Positions 1 through 8,913 of a DNA stretch of 11,411 bases are shown one piece after another. The translations under genes and the position numbers were made by a program. The notes beneath the pieces were generated by a model. The model was not told where the DNA came from, ran no database searches, and saw only the letters and a program-made list of their open reading frames with translations. Position 1 is the first letter of the stretch. Each line of letters opens with the position of its first letter. This DNA is from Methanothrix sp. (lineage in GTDB: Archaea; Halobacteriota; Methanosarcinia; Methanotrichales; Methanotrichaceae): positions 1 to 11,411 of the forward strand of contig JBAXWY010000062.1 in the NCBI GenBank assembly GCA_037128175.1. The letters run 5' to 3'.

Positions 1-55
1 AATCTCTGCCAATCAACGGCTAGAAGCCCCGTCCTTCAGGGCGGGGAGAAGTCAC
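1..55 (+). mobile_element. Right end of an IS200/IS605 (IS1341-like, tnpB) element, truncated by the window edge
   Basis: GAAG (23-26), hairpin CCCCGTCC-TTCA-GGGCGGGG (27-46), AGAAG, terminal TCAC (52-55). Same 35-nt layout as the end that follows the clear tnpB at 11135-11169. Bases 3-23 read S-L-P-I-N-G-stop, with the TAG in the same position as that tnpB stop. Confidence 0.85.
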
Positions 56-537
56 ATATATGCATCCTGAATTATCACCACCTCCGCTGAATTTTTGGCA
101 GCGGCGTACTCCTGCAAAGGCGCGCGGTTCAGCTCTAAAAATACATGCCCCCAATTGAATTTGGAGAGGATCAATTCTGCCTGGCTCTTCTCACCCAAGA
201 TGATGAGGCCGGCTGCCAGTGCCTCAACCGTGGAGAGTTTGAAAGGCTTTCCATAGTTTACGGGATTGGCGGCCACCAGGAATGGCAGTGCCCTCTCCAT
301 TAGCCTAAAACGCGAGAATACCTCCTCGGCATGGGCCCAGCTGCAGTCCAGGGCAGCCAGTCCCCTTGCCCCTTTGTCCTCAGGGGAGAGTGCCTTTTGG
401 GAAAATGGACTCAAAACCAGGAAAGGCAGGAGCTGGTTTATATGATGGGTCAGGCGAACCAGATCGAAGCGGGCCAGCTTTTTTCCCGTGCATTTCTTGG
501 GGTTGCACTGATTTGCATGATAGATCACAAGTTCCAT
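52..537 (-). CDS. tsr3: 16S rRNA aminocarboxypropyltransferase Tsr3 (DUF367 family)
   Basis: Motifs [55 protein letters not shown]; 161 aa. Confidence 0.95.
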   Translation of the reverse strand: MELVIYHANQCNPKKCTGKKLARFDLVRLTHHINQLLPFLVLSPFSQKALSPEDKGARGLAALDCSWAHAEEVFSRFRLMERALPFLVAANPVNYGKPFKLSTVEALAAGLIILGEKSQAELILSKFNWGHVFLELNRAPLQEYAAAKNSAEVVIIQDAYM

Positions 538-613
538 ATTGCTATTGGTCTACCGATAATCCTATTAACATTGTGTTCAACTGCTCTAGCAGCCAAAGGG
601 CGGGAGCATTCAG
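538..613. promoter_or_regulatory. Divergent tsr3/valS promoter region
   Basis: 76-bp gap with a TATA-like TATTAA at 563-568, about 25 nt from the tsr3 ATG (fits a leaderless transcript). GGGAG SD-like site at 602-606 before valS. Confidence 0.5.
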
Positions 614-3196
614 ATGAGCGAGGTCTCCAAGGAGTACAACTTTAGTCAAGTGGAAGAGAAATGGGTGCAGAGTTGGGACAATTCTATCTATCACTTCGAT
701 TGGGAATCGAAAAAGCCGCAATATATCATTGACACTCCGCCCCCCTACCCTACGGGAGACTTCCATATAGGAAACGCTCTTAACTGGTGTTACATCGACT
801 ACGTGGCACGCTACAAGCGCATGCAAGGCTTCAATGTCATGTTCCCGCAGGGCTGGGACTGCCACGGGCTTCCCACCGAAGTAAAGGTAGAGCAGCTAAA
901 CCATATCACCAAGAACCAGGTTCCCAGGGAAGAGTTTCGGCGGCTGTGCGAGAAGCTGACTTTTGAAGCCATCGAGCGTTTTCATCTGTCCATGGGACGC
1001 CTCGGCCTATCCATAGACTGGTCCAACGAGTACGTGACCATGAAGCCGGAGTACTATGTCAAGACGCAAACCTCCTTCGTGCGCATGTACCAGAACGGCC
1101 AGATCTACCGGGCGAACCATCCCGTCAACTGGTGTCCCCGCTGCGGCACGGCCATTGCCTTTGCTGAAGTAGAATACGATTCACGAACTACAACTTTAAA
1201 TTACATGCGTTTTTCTGCACAGGACGGCGAGATGCAGATCGCTACCTCCCGGCCCGAGCTTCTGCCTGCCTGCGTGGCCGTCGCAGTGAATCCCGATGAT
1301 GAGCGCTACCGCCCATATATCGGCAAGACTGTTAAGGTTCCCATATTCGACTACGATGTTCCCGTGCTGGCTGATCCCGTGGTGGACACCAGCTTTGGCA
1401 CGGGTATCGTCATGATCTGCACTTTCGGTGATCGGCAGGATGTGAGATGGTGGATGGAGCACCATCTGCCCTTGCGCCAGGCCATAGATCGCGAAGGATT
1501 GCTGACGGCCATCGCCGGGCCTTATGCGCGTCTGTCAGTGACAGATGCCAAGAATAAGATCACCCAGGATATGGTGGATAAGGGGATAATCTTCAAGCAG
1601 GAGCCTCTGGAGCAGAATGTGGGCCTCTGCTGGCGCTGCAAAACCCCCATCGAGATTTTATCGGAACGGCAGTGGTTTGTCAAAATCAATTCCGAGGAGA
1701 TCAATAAAACGGCAGAAGAGATCGATTGGGTGCCGCCTCACATGCAGGTGCGGCTCAAGAACTGGGCCGACTCTGTGGAATGGGACTGGTGCATCTCCCG
1801 GCAGAGGATCTTTGCCACGCCCATACCCGTCTGGTACTGCCGACAATGCCTGAAGGCGAAAGTTGCCCGGGAAGAGTGGCTTCCGCTCGATCCCAATCAG
1901 ACCCATCCGCCCGAGAAATGCAAGTGCGGCAGTGACGATTTCATCCCGGAGCAGGATGTCCTGGACACCTGGATGGACAGCTCCATCTCCGCCCTGGCGG
2001 TGGCCGGCTGGCCGGATAGAAAGGGAAAGGATCTGCGCATGCCCACGCAGCTACGGCCGCAGGGGCACGACATCATCCGCACCTGGGCATTTTACACCAT
2101 TTTGCGCACGAAATCCCTGGTGGGCGTCAAGCCCTGGGATACCATTCTCGTCAACGGCATGGCTCTGGGTGAGGACGGGCACAAGATGTCCAAGTCCTTA
2201 AACAACTTCATACGTCCCGAGGAGGTCTTCCTGACCAATGGCGCCGATGCGCTCCGCCAGTGGGGGGCCATGGGCGGCTCCCCAGGCAACGACATCATGT
2301 TCCAGTGGAAGGAGATCACTGCCGCCAGCCGCTTCCAGCAGAAGCTCTGGTCGATCTATCGCTTCTCGCTGCCTCTTATTGCCAAAGTTGATGCCGTTCC
2401 CGGACAAGTGGATCGCTGGCTACTGGGGGAACTGGATTCGCTCATCATGAAGGCCACAGTTGCGATGGACGCTTACCAGTTTGATGAGACCATGAAGGCC
2501 ATTCGCGGCTTTGCCTGGGAGGTGTTGGCCGACAACTACATCGAGCTGGTCAAGGCCCGGCTCTACGGTCCGGACGGGCCGGAGAAGAGAGCCGCCCAAA
2601 ATACCCTTTACACGGCCCTGGAGACGCTCTCCAAGCTCATGGCGCCCTTTACTCCCTTCATCTCCGAGGAGATTCACCACACCCTTACTGGAAAGAGCGT
2701 GCATGTGCAGAGCTGGCCAGAGCCATCAGGCACGCCGGTCGATCCGGCTGGACTTGCCATAAAAGAAATTGCGGCAGCGCTACGCCGCTACAAGGCAGAG
2801 AAAGGCATGGCCCTCAATTCGCCTCTTTTGGGGATAGTAGTATACTCCGATCTGGCCCTGGAGACCATTGATCTCGTGGGCGTGGCCAACTCCCAGGTGG
2901 AGAGCAGGACCGGCAAGGCCGAGATCGAGATGAGACCTGTAGCCGTCAAGCCGCAGATGAAAATAATTGGCCCCAAGTTCAAGGACAAAAGCGGCAAGAT
3001 CATAAATGCCCTGGGCGGCATGGATCCTGCCCTGGTTGCCGGCCAGAAAGCAAGCGGGTCGATTACCGTCCCGGTGGATGGTGAGATCATAGTAGTCCCT
3101 GCCGAGGCCGCCGAGATCGTCGTGGAGAATCTTTCCGCAGGCGAGGCCGTGGACATTCTGCGCCTGGAAAATGCCACGGTGCTGGTTCGAAGATGA
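614..3196 (+). CDS. valS: Valine--tRNA ligase, archaeal type
   Basis: [14 protein letters not shown]-equivalent [17 protein letters not shown], editing domain ([19 protein letters not shown]), [26 protein letters not shown]; 860 aa. Confidence 0.98.
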   Translation: MSEVSKEYNFSQVEEKWVQSWDNSIYHFDWESKKPQYIIDTPPPYPTGDFHIGNALNWCYIDYVARYKRMQGFNVMFPQGWDCHGLPTEVKVEQLNHITKNQVPREEFRRLCEKLTFEAIERFHLSMGRLGLSIDWSNEYVTMKPEYYVKTQTSFVRMYQNGQIYRANHPVNWCPRCGTAIAFAEVEYDSRTTTLNYMRFSAQDGEMQIATSRPELLPACVAVAVNPDDERYRPYIGKTVKVPIFDYDVPVLADPVVDTSFGTGIVMICTFGDRQDVRWWMEHHLPLRQAIDREGLLTAIAGPYARLSVTDAKNKITQDMVDKGIIFKQEPLEQNVGLCWRCKTPIEILSERQWFVKINSEEINKTAEEIDWVPPHMQVRLKNWADSVEWDWCISRQRIFATPIPVWYCRQCLKAKVAREEWLPLDPNQTHPPEKCKCGSDDFIPEQDVLDTWMDSSISALAVAGWPDRKGKDLRMPTQLRPQGHDIIRTWAFYTILRTKSLVGVKPWDTILVNGMALGEDGHKMSKSLNNFIRPEEVFLTNGADALRQWGAMGGSPGNDIMFQWKEITAASRFQQKLWSIYRFSLPLIAKVDAVPGQVDRWLLGELDSLIMKATVAMDAYQFDETMKAIRGFAWEVLADNYIELVKARLYGPDGPEKRAAQNTLYTALETLSKLMAPFTPFISEEIHHTLTGKSVHVQSWPEPSGTPVDPAGLAIKEIAAALRRYKAEKGMALNSPLLGIVVYSDLALETIDLVGVANSQVESRTGKAEIEMRPVAVKPQMKIIGPKFKDKSGKIINALGGMDPALVAGQKASGSITVPVDGEIIVVPAEAAEIVVENLSAGEAVDILRLENATVLVRR

Positions 3197-3735
3197 TCGA
3201 GGTCGAGGTCAAGGCCCGTGCCCCAGAGGACCTGGCGGAAAGGATCGCCGCGCTGGGGGCCACTCTTTTGACGGTGGAAAACCACCACGACCTTTATTTC
3301 AACTCCCCCCAGCGCGACCTCAAAGAGAGCGATGAGGCTCTTCGTATCCGCATCAAGGAAGAGGGAGCGCGTCTGACTTACAAGGGTCCCAAGCTTGATC
3401 AGACCACCAAATCGCGCCTGGAATGGACTGTGAGAATAGACGATCCTCTGCAGATGGAGCAGATCCTCTCATCCTTGGGGTTTGTGCTCTCCGCCCAGGT
3501 GAGAAAGCAGAGGCGCAAGTATTCCTACGAAGGAGCTGTGCTGGCTTTGGACGATGTGGAGGGGCTGGGCCGCTTTGTGGAAGTCGAGGCGAAGGGCGAA
3601 GGCGACTATGAGGAGCAGAAGCAGAAGGTCTTGTCCATATTGAGCCAGCTGGGCCTGCATGAGTCAATCAGAAGCTCCTACCTGGAGCTTCTGGAAGCGG
3701 AAAAAAATAATGAAGAGAAAAGACAGGGGCCTTGA
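3193..3735 (+). CDS. cyaB: CYTH-domain protein (class IV adenylate cyclase/CyaB-like triphosphate tunnel metalloenzyme)
   Basis: N-terminal ExExK (IEVEVK), DLYF, LRIR, LTYKGP, RKQR, FVEVE, SYLELL. ATGA overlap with the valS stop. Confidence 0.92.
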   Translation: MIEVEVKARAPEDLAERIAALGATLLTVENHHDLYFNSPQRDLKESDEALRIRIKEEGARLTYKGPKLDQTTKSRLEWTVRIDDPLQMEQILSSLGFVLSAQVRKQRRKYSYEGAVLALDDVEGLGRFVEVEAKGEGDYEEQKQKVLSILSQLGLHESIRSSYLELLEAEKNNEEKRQGP

Positions 3736-3749
3736 GCGGAGGGAGAGAG

Positions 3750-4670
3750 ATGTCCGAGAGTTCAAGAATTCCAGTTCTGATAATGCTGCTCTTCATAATG
3801 GTCGTGCAGCTTCTGGCTCTGGCCATCACCCCGGCCATCTCTGCCAGCGACTACAGGGTCTTTGCAGATCCCACATCGACCACTAATCCCGTTGTCTATA
3901 TGCTCCTCATCCTGGCCTTCACAGCTCTTCTTCTCCTGGCCATAAAAAAGAAGAAGAGCTGGATTGTCAGCGGATTTATACAAATATCCATTGCCACGAG
4001 CATCTATTATCTGATGGTGGCCTTCATGCCGCCTCTGCTGGCGCTCCTGCCCACAGCCACCGTGCTTCTTCTGCTTCGCTACTATCCGGAGTGGTATGTC
4101 ATCGATGCCTTCGGCATTGTCGTGTGCGCCGGCATCAGTTCCTTATTCGGAGTGAGCATGACCATTCTTCCCACGCTCTTGCTGTTAATAATCCTGGCAG
4201 TCTACGATGCCCTCTCTGTCTACAAGACCCGCCATATGGTATCTTTGGCGGAGGGCGTGATAAAGATAAAAGCCCCTCTGCTCTTTGTGGTGCCGAGGAG
4301 CCGCGGCTACAGCTTCCGGAAGGATAATGCCCCAGTCTCAACCCCTGCCAGCGGGGATGCTGGCGGAAGTGGGGCGAACGGCAGTGAGGCGAACCCGGCG
4401 GGCGGCAAGAGGGGCGCTTTCTTCCTGGGCCTGGGGGACGCCATCATTCCCACCATTCTGGTCATATCGGCTTACACCTCGCTTCCTGCCGGCGGATTTT
4501 TGGGCGTAAATTTTCCGGCAATAGGAGCCATGCTGGGCACCTATCTTGGCTTCCTGGCTCTAATGACCACCTCACGGGATCGACCCCAGGCGGGACTGCC
4601 CTTCCTCAATTCCGGAGTGATTTTTGGATTCCTGGTGGGCTGCGCTCTAGCGGGAATACGGCCTTTTTGA
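3750..4670 (+). CDS. Presenilin/signal-peptide-peptidase family intramembrane aspartyl protease (PSH-like, peptidase A22)
   Basis: Multiple hydrophobic helices, catalytic YD (AVYDALSV), GxGD (LGLGD) and PAL-equivalent QAGLP. Start placed at ATG 3750 because GGAGG lies at 3738-3742; the ORF track starts at TTG 3732. Confidence 0.93.
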   Translation: MSESSRIPVLIMLLFIMVVQLLALAITPAISASDYRVFADPTSTTNPVVYMLLILAFTALLLLAIKKKKSWIVSGFIQISIATSIYYLMVAFMPPLLALLPTATVLLLLRYYPEWYVIDAFGIVVCAGISSLFGVSMTILPTLLLLIILAVYDALSVYKTRHMVSLAEGVIKIKAPLLFVVPRSRGYSFRKDNAPVSTPASGDAGGSGANGSEANPAGGKRGAFFLGLGDAIIPTILVISAYTSLPAGGFLGVNFPAIGAMLGTYLGFLALMTTSRDRPQAGLPFLNSGVIFGFLVGCALAGIRPF

Positions 4671-4794
4671 ATGAGCAGAAGGACCTACCGTTGGACCAAA
4701 CCAATAGTAAGTACTAACTCCACATTCCTGCCAAATCTTAATACCGACAGCTTTTTTGCCCGGCTCGGCTTCCTGAATTAGTGAGGAATAGAAA

Positions 4795-4992
4795 ATGGCT
4801 GACGAGGACCTGGGAGCTTTAGAACACTACGTCCCCTTTTGTCCCAAATGCGGCAACGAGTGCGAGCAAAAGGATCTCCGGCGGGCACTGGATGCAGATA
4901 GCTGGAAGAAGATCGTAATTGAGACCATCTTCTACTGCAAGAGATGTGATAACTACTGGAGCGATGGCCTGGTGGAGAAGGGCTACAAATAA
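4795..4992 (+). CDS. Small zinc-finger protein (CPxCG type), function unknown
   Basis: 65 aa with CPKC and CKRC pairs. SD-like GTGAGG at 4781-4786 and TATA-like CTTAATA at 4737-4743. Confidence 0.8.
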   Translation: MADEDLGALEHYVPFCPKCGNECEQKDLRRALDADSWKKIVIETIFYCKRCDNYWSDGLVEKGYK

Positions 4993-5021
4993 ACAGTCCA
5001 CAAACTCCGCCCCAGATTCGT

Positions 5022-6143
5022 ATGATCTATCTTTATTACAGCGAAAAATTCCAGGCCTATAACTTCGGCCCGGAGCATCCCTTCAATCCAGCCCGCTTGA
5101 TGCTGGCTTACAAGCTCATGGAGGAAGAGGGCCAAATCGACTACCTCACCTGCAAGGTCGAGCCCAAGCCCGCAGGGGAAGCGGATTTAGAGCGCGTGCA
5201 TACTCCTGAGTACATAGCCTCAGTGAAGGCGGAAGTGCCGGATCTGGCCTTTGGCTTGGGCAGCGATGATACCCCGGTCTTTCCCGGCATTTACGCCGCT
5301 TCGCGGCTCTTGGCGGGCGGCAGCATCGATGCGGCGCGGCGCATTATTGCCGAGGACTGCAGCGCCTTTAACATCGGCGGAGGCCTGCATCATGCCATGC
5401 CCTCCCAGGCAGCGGGCTTTTGCGTCTTTGACGATCCGGCGCTGGCCATAAGCGTTCTGAAAGAGCGCTTCGAGCGAGTTATTTACATCGACATCGACGG
5501 CCACCATGGAGACGGGGTGCAGCAGATCTTTTATGAGGACCCCCGTGTGCTCACCGTCTCCCTGCACGAGTCGGGATTGTACCTCTTTCCCGGCACCGGC
5601 TTTATCGATGAGATCGGCTCAGGCCTGGGGTTGGGCTACAGCGTGAACATACCCATGCCCATGTATGCCGGAGACGAGGAATACCGGCGCGCCTTTGAGG
5701 AGATCGTGCCCCGGCTCTTTGAATGGTTTCGCCCCCAGGCGGTGGTGGCCCAATTAGGCGTGGACACCCACTACTCAGACCCGCTCACCACTCTGAATAT
5801 GACCCTCGCCGGGTATACCTACCTCGTGCGCCGCATCATTGAGCTGACCCGTCTTCATGCCGGCGGCAGGCTGCTGGCTTTAGGCGGAGGCGGCTACAAC
5901 ATGGAGGTAGTGCCCGTGGCCTTTGCCAGCGTGCTTCATCTCATGAGGAACGAACCGCTGCCCGAGTATTTGCCGCCCTGCTGGGTGGAGTTTTTCATGA
6001 ACCTGGTGGAAAGAGAGCCTCTGTCGCTGCCGGACATCGAGATCAAGGTGGGGACGGAGACGAAGAAGAGAATCACGGCGGAGCTGGAGCTGACACTGCA
6101 AGGGCTGAAGGAAAAGGTAAACGAGAATCATAAGGTTTTTTAG
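5022..6143 (+). CDS. acuC: Zn-dependent deacetylase, AcuC/class I HDAC-like
   Basis: HPF, GGGLHHA, GFC, DIDGHHGDG, SLH, LFPGTG, GVD and GGGGY motifs; 373 aa. Confidence 0.93.
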   Translation: MIYLYYSEKFQAYNFGPEHPFNPARLMLAYKLMEEEGQIDYLTCKVEPKPAGEADLERVHTPEYIASVKAEVPDLAFGLGSDDTPVFPGIYAASRLLAGGSIDAARRIIAEDCSAFNIGGGLHHAMPSQAAGFCVFDDPALAISVLKERFERVIYIDIDGHHGDGVQQIFYEDPRVLTVSLHESGLYLFPGTGFIDEIGSGLGLGYSVNIPMPMYAGDEEYRRAFEEIVPRLFEWFRPQAVVAQLGVDTHYSDPLTTLNMTLAGYTYLVRRIIELTRLHAGGRLLALGGGGYNMEVVPVAFASVLHLMRNEPLPEYLPPCWVEFFMNLVEREPLSLPDIEIKVGTETKKRITAELELTLQGLKEKVNENHKVF

Positions 6144-6234
6144 GCTACACGACTTCGAGAGCGTCTGTTCACAGGGGATCGACGAGATTTGCCCACTCCA
6201 GCGCCTCCTTTCGCCTCACCTTCTTGCCGCCCCC

Positions 6235-6291
6235 CAGGCACACGCTGCGCGCTCCGGCAAGGGCGTCCCGCGCGAGTACGGGCGTGCAGGC
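6235..6291. repeat. GC-rich palindromic element, copy 1 (short form)
   Basis: 57 nt that match 10682-10768 apart from a 30-nt internal gap and 2 substitutions. The outer stem 6245-6254/6280-6289 can still pair, with two G-T. Confidence 0.9.
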
Positions 6292-6344
6292 GCGCGTGAC
6301 CGTCGCCCAGAATTGGCCTGGAAGATGCTCTCCTTCCTTCTTGC

Positions 6345-6383
6345 CGAAAGATATATTTCCTTTACAATCTTTACAAGATCTTC
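6345..6383 (+). promoter_or_regulatory. Putative BRE/TATA promoter and operator of the TA operon
   Basis: CGAAAG followed by ATATATT (6345-6357), about 27 nt before ATG 6384. Tandem CTTTACAA at 6360-6367 and 6369-6376. Confidence 0.55.
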
Positions 6384-6569
6384 ATGCTTGCAACAAAGCG
6401 CGTGGCTGTAACCGAGCCCGTTTGGGTTGAGCTATCTGATCTTCGGAGACCGGGAGAAACATTCAACCAGCTCCTGGCACAAATGGTTGAAAGAGAGAAG
6501 AAAGCTCGTTTGATTCAACACCTAAAGCAGATTGCCGATGAAGGTGATTTTGTGGAGCTGCCCCCTTGA
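6384..6569 (+). CDS. Putative antitoxin (small archaeal ribbon-helix-helix-like)
   Basis: 61 aa with N-terminal TKRVAV strand, LxxLRRPGETFNQLL helix motif and acidic tail. Overlaps the toxin gene by TTGA. Confidence 0.8.
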   Translation: MLATKRVAVTEPVWVELSDLRRPGETFNQLLAQMVEREKKARLIQHLKQIADEGDFVELPP

Positions 6570-6856
6570 GCTTCAATGTGGTGATCAACAGAAAAACTCT
6601 GGCGTATCTATCGGTGCTTCCAGAGAAAAGCCATCAGCTAATTAAGGCGAGGTGTCATGCCCTTGCAGAGGACCCTTTCCCCGGCCAGGGTGGCGATAAG
6701 GAGCTTCTACATATTGAGTTCAAGCTCTATCGAATGCATGTGGGGCGGTCCTTCACAGTGTTTTATCAAATCTGCGAAAGGGATATGCGGGTCAAGATCC
6801 TGGAGATAACGACCATCGACAAAGCGCACAAGCTCTACAAGCATTTTCAAGGATAA
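6566..6856 (+). CDS. RelE/ParE-family type II toxin
   Basis: 96 aa, basic, with LAEDPFP, DKELL and YRMHVGRSFTVFYQI segments. TTG start coupled to the antitoxin stop. Confidence 0.85.
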   Translation: MSFNVVINRKTLAYLSVLPEKSHQLIKARCHALAEDPFPGQGGDKELLHIEFKLYRMHVGRSFTVFYQICERDMRVKILEITTIDKAHKLYKHFQG

Positions 6857-6897
6857 ATAAAATCGATTCAGACAGAATTAACAACCATCGAGCAGAT

Positions 6898-6932
6898 GTG
6901 AACACCACCCGCGCCCTAAAATACAGGGCTTC
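6898..6932 (-). mobile_element. Decayed orphan IS200/IS605 right end
   Basis: Minus strand reads GAAG-CCCTG-TATTT-TAGGG-CGCGGGTGGTGT-TCAC. Manual alignment to the end at 23-55 gives 26 of 35 columns identical. Confidence 0.55.
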
Positions 6933-7056
6933 CCACGAGTACCATTCCCACTGCTAGGATCTATTATCCCGCAAAAACTTGATTTTTTTGTACCAAAAGT
7001 TTTTTCACACACCGTGTAGAGTTACCTTTTGAGGAATAATACTGAGACATACTAAA

Positions 7057-8913
7057 TTGGCTATTTTTATTATATTAATATTATTGAATTTCGCTCCGGC
7101 TTTTGTCAACGCAGCAGACATCGTGGAAGTACGTGGTGTTGAGGCTGGCACAACAGGTGCTGTCGAGAAGGTAGAGGTACGCGGTCAAGTGGCTACCGGA
7201 GACACCACATGGAACTCTCAGAACTTCGCCGGATTCTACTATGATATTAAAGATGACATCGGAACCGAGACACTCAGCACCACTTTGACTGACAAGAAGC
7301 TGAGCGGCGACTCGCCCTATGGTGTCAAGTATGAGACCACTGCTCAGTCCAAGGAGTTCAAGTTCGAGGATTGGGGCGCATTTAATGTAATAGGCTTCCT
7401 GGCAGACAGATACTTCGCAGGCTATGTCTTTAGCGAGTACGCCGAGAAGAACATCCTGTCCAGGGAGTCCACTGATGAGAATTCCCTGTCCAGCGAGCAG
7501 CTCCAGAAGATCCTCATCGATGACGATACCGAGATAACTGTCACCTTCGGCACACCCATCAAGCTTGAGGAAGGCTATGAGCTGGTTATCAAGTCCGTTG
7601 ATATAGACTATAGCAAGGTCTACATCGAGCTCTCCAAGGATGGCTCTGTAATCGACAGCAAGGTCGTATCCCCCTCCAAGTTTGGCGCGACCATGGCCGA
7701 CAAAACCTACTACTACAAGAATCCCGCTGTAGGCGATCAGAAGAAGCTGGTAACAATCGCAGTTCACTTCAAGAACGTATTCCGTGGCGCTGATCAGAAC
7801 ATGGTTACTATCGACGGTCTCTGGCAGATCTCCGGTGAGGCAACTATGGTCAAGGCCGACGCCCAGTACGATAAGATGACCATCACCTCGGTGGATGCAA
7901 ACGCCGGAACCATCACCATGGAGAACAAAGACAACGCCATAACTCTCAGCAAGAACAAGGATATCGTCCTGATGAATGGCATCAAGATCAAGACTGCCGA
8001 CAACGACGCACTCAGGTACTACATTTACAAAGAAATAACTGGGTCAGGAACCATTCAGCTCCGCAGTCAAGTAGCTACGGCAGATTCCACATGGAACGCA
8101 CAGAACTTCGCCGGATTCTACTACGATTTTAAAGATGACATCGGAACCGAGACGCTCAGCACCACTTTGACTGACAAGAAGCTGAGCGGCGACTCGCCCT
8201 ACGGCGTAACCTACATGACTTCTGCCCAGAATAAGAAGTTCGAATACGAAGACTGGGGATACTATAACGTAATTGGATTCTTAGCCAACGAATACTTCGC
8301 AAGCTACAGTCAGAGTGGCACAGGTTCTGAAATGCTTGACAAAGCCAATAGTACGAATCTCCTCGAATCGGGTCAAGTGACAAAAGTGCTGATTGATGAT
8401 GGTCAAGAGAAGGTAATAGATCTGGGTTCGACAATTACTTTGGCAGAAGGTTATGCGCTCAAAGCCACACTAGGAACCGATAAAAAGGGTGTTTTGGTCG
8501 AACTGCTTTACGATGGAAAAGTTGTCGATCGTGAAGCGTTGATACTACCTGGATCGTATGTCTATATTTCTAAAGCAGGTAACATTGCAGGAGTACCGGT
8601 TATCGCCGTCCATTTCCAAGAGCCGATTATCCTCGATGATAAGAGTTACTGCAAGGTTGATGGACTCTGGCAGATATCAGAGAAGACAACTGAGGTCAAG
8701 GCAGATACCCAGTACGATAAGATGACCATCACCTCAGTGGATGCTAATGCCGGAACCATCACCATGGAGAACAAAGATAACGCCATAACACTCAGCAAGA
8801 ACATGGACACCGTCTTGATGAATGGCATAAACATCAAGACCGCAGACAACGACACCCTCAGATACTACTTGTATAGAACCGTCGAGATTGCACCAGCCGG
8901 GGTGAGCAAATGA
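7057..8913 (+). CDS. S-layer domain protein with two Methanosarcinales-type S-layer duplication (DUF1608-like) repeats
   Basis: Signal peptide, then two repeats each with VRGxV, WNxQNFAGFYYD, IGFL..YFA, LxEGY, DGLWQISxE, ITMENKDNAITLS and LRYY. The true start may be CTG 7042. Confidence 0.9.
   Translation: MAIFIILILLNFAPAFVNAADIVEVRGVEAGTTGAVEKVEVRGQVATGDTTWNSQNFAGFYYDIKDDIGTETLSTTLTDKKLSGDSPYGVKYETTAQSKEFKFEDWGAFNVIGFLADRYFAGYVFSEYAEKNILSRESTDENSLSSEQLQKILIDDDTEITVTFGTPIKLEEGYELVIKSVDIDYSKVYIELSKDGSVIDSKVVSPSKFGATMADKTYYYKNPAVGDQKKLVTIAVHFKNVFRGADQNMVTIDGLWQISGEATMVKADAQYDKMTITSVDANAGTITMENKDNAITLSKNKDIVLMNGIKIKTADNDALRYYIYKEITGSGTIQLRSQVATADSTWNAQNFAGFYYDFKDDIGTETLSTTLTDKKLSGDSPYGVTYMTSAQNKKFEYEDWGYYNVIGFLANEYFASYSQSGTGSEMLDKANSTNLLESGQVTKVLIDDGQEKVIDLGSTITLAEGYALKATLGTDKKGVLVELLYDGKVVDREALILPGSYVYISKAGNIAGVPVIAVHFQEPIILDDKSYCKVDGLWQISEKTTEVKADTQYDKMTITSVDANAGTITMENKDNAITLSKNMDTVLMNGINIKTADNDTLRYYLYRTVEIAPAGVSK
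7205..7347 (+). repeat. S-layer conserved DNA block A (copies at about 8087-8201 and 9869-10007)
   Basis: 7205-7319 vs 8087-8201: 5 mismatches in 115 nt. 7301-7347 vs 9961-10007: 2 mismatches in 47 nt (manual counts). Confidence 0.9.
7862..8022 (+). repeat. S-layer conserved DNA block B (copies at about 8708-8868 and 10484-10564)
   Basis: 7862-7957 vs 8708-8803: 5 mismatches in 96 nt. TAAGATGACCATCACCTCGGT recurs exactly at 10484-10504. Confidence 0.9.

Noticed and set aside
331-865. ORFs 331-645, 366-617 and 542-865
   Set aside because: They overlap tsr3 or valS and have no recognisable motifs; shadow ORFs.
1196-6131. Many 60-166 aa ORFs nested in valS, the CYTH gene, the protease and acuC
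   Set aside because: Alternative-frame or antisense shadows expected in GC-rich coding DNA.
6169-6228. Minus-strand frame GKKVRRKEALEWANLVDPL* that looks like a protein C-terminus
   Set aside because: Too short to assign; it could be a gene remnant cut at the palindrome but cannot be supported without a search.
6224-6430. 68-aa ORF, and the 72-aa ORF at 10637-10855
   Set aside because: Both run through the GC-rich palindrome, which has few stop codons; the Ala/Arg-rich products are not protein-like.
7081-7767. 228-aa antisense ORF and other antisense ORFs in the S-layer genes
   Set aside because: Mirror frames caused by the strong codon bias of the sense gene.
7205-8868. S-layer repeats as a diversity-generating retroelement TR/VR pair
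   Set aside because: Mismatches are mostly synonymous and not adenine-specific, both copies are coding, and there is no reverse transcriptase in the window.
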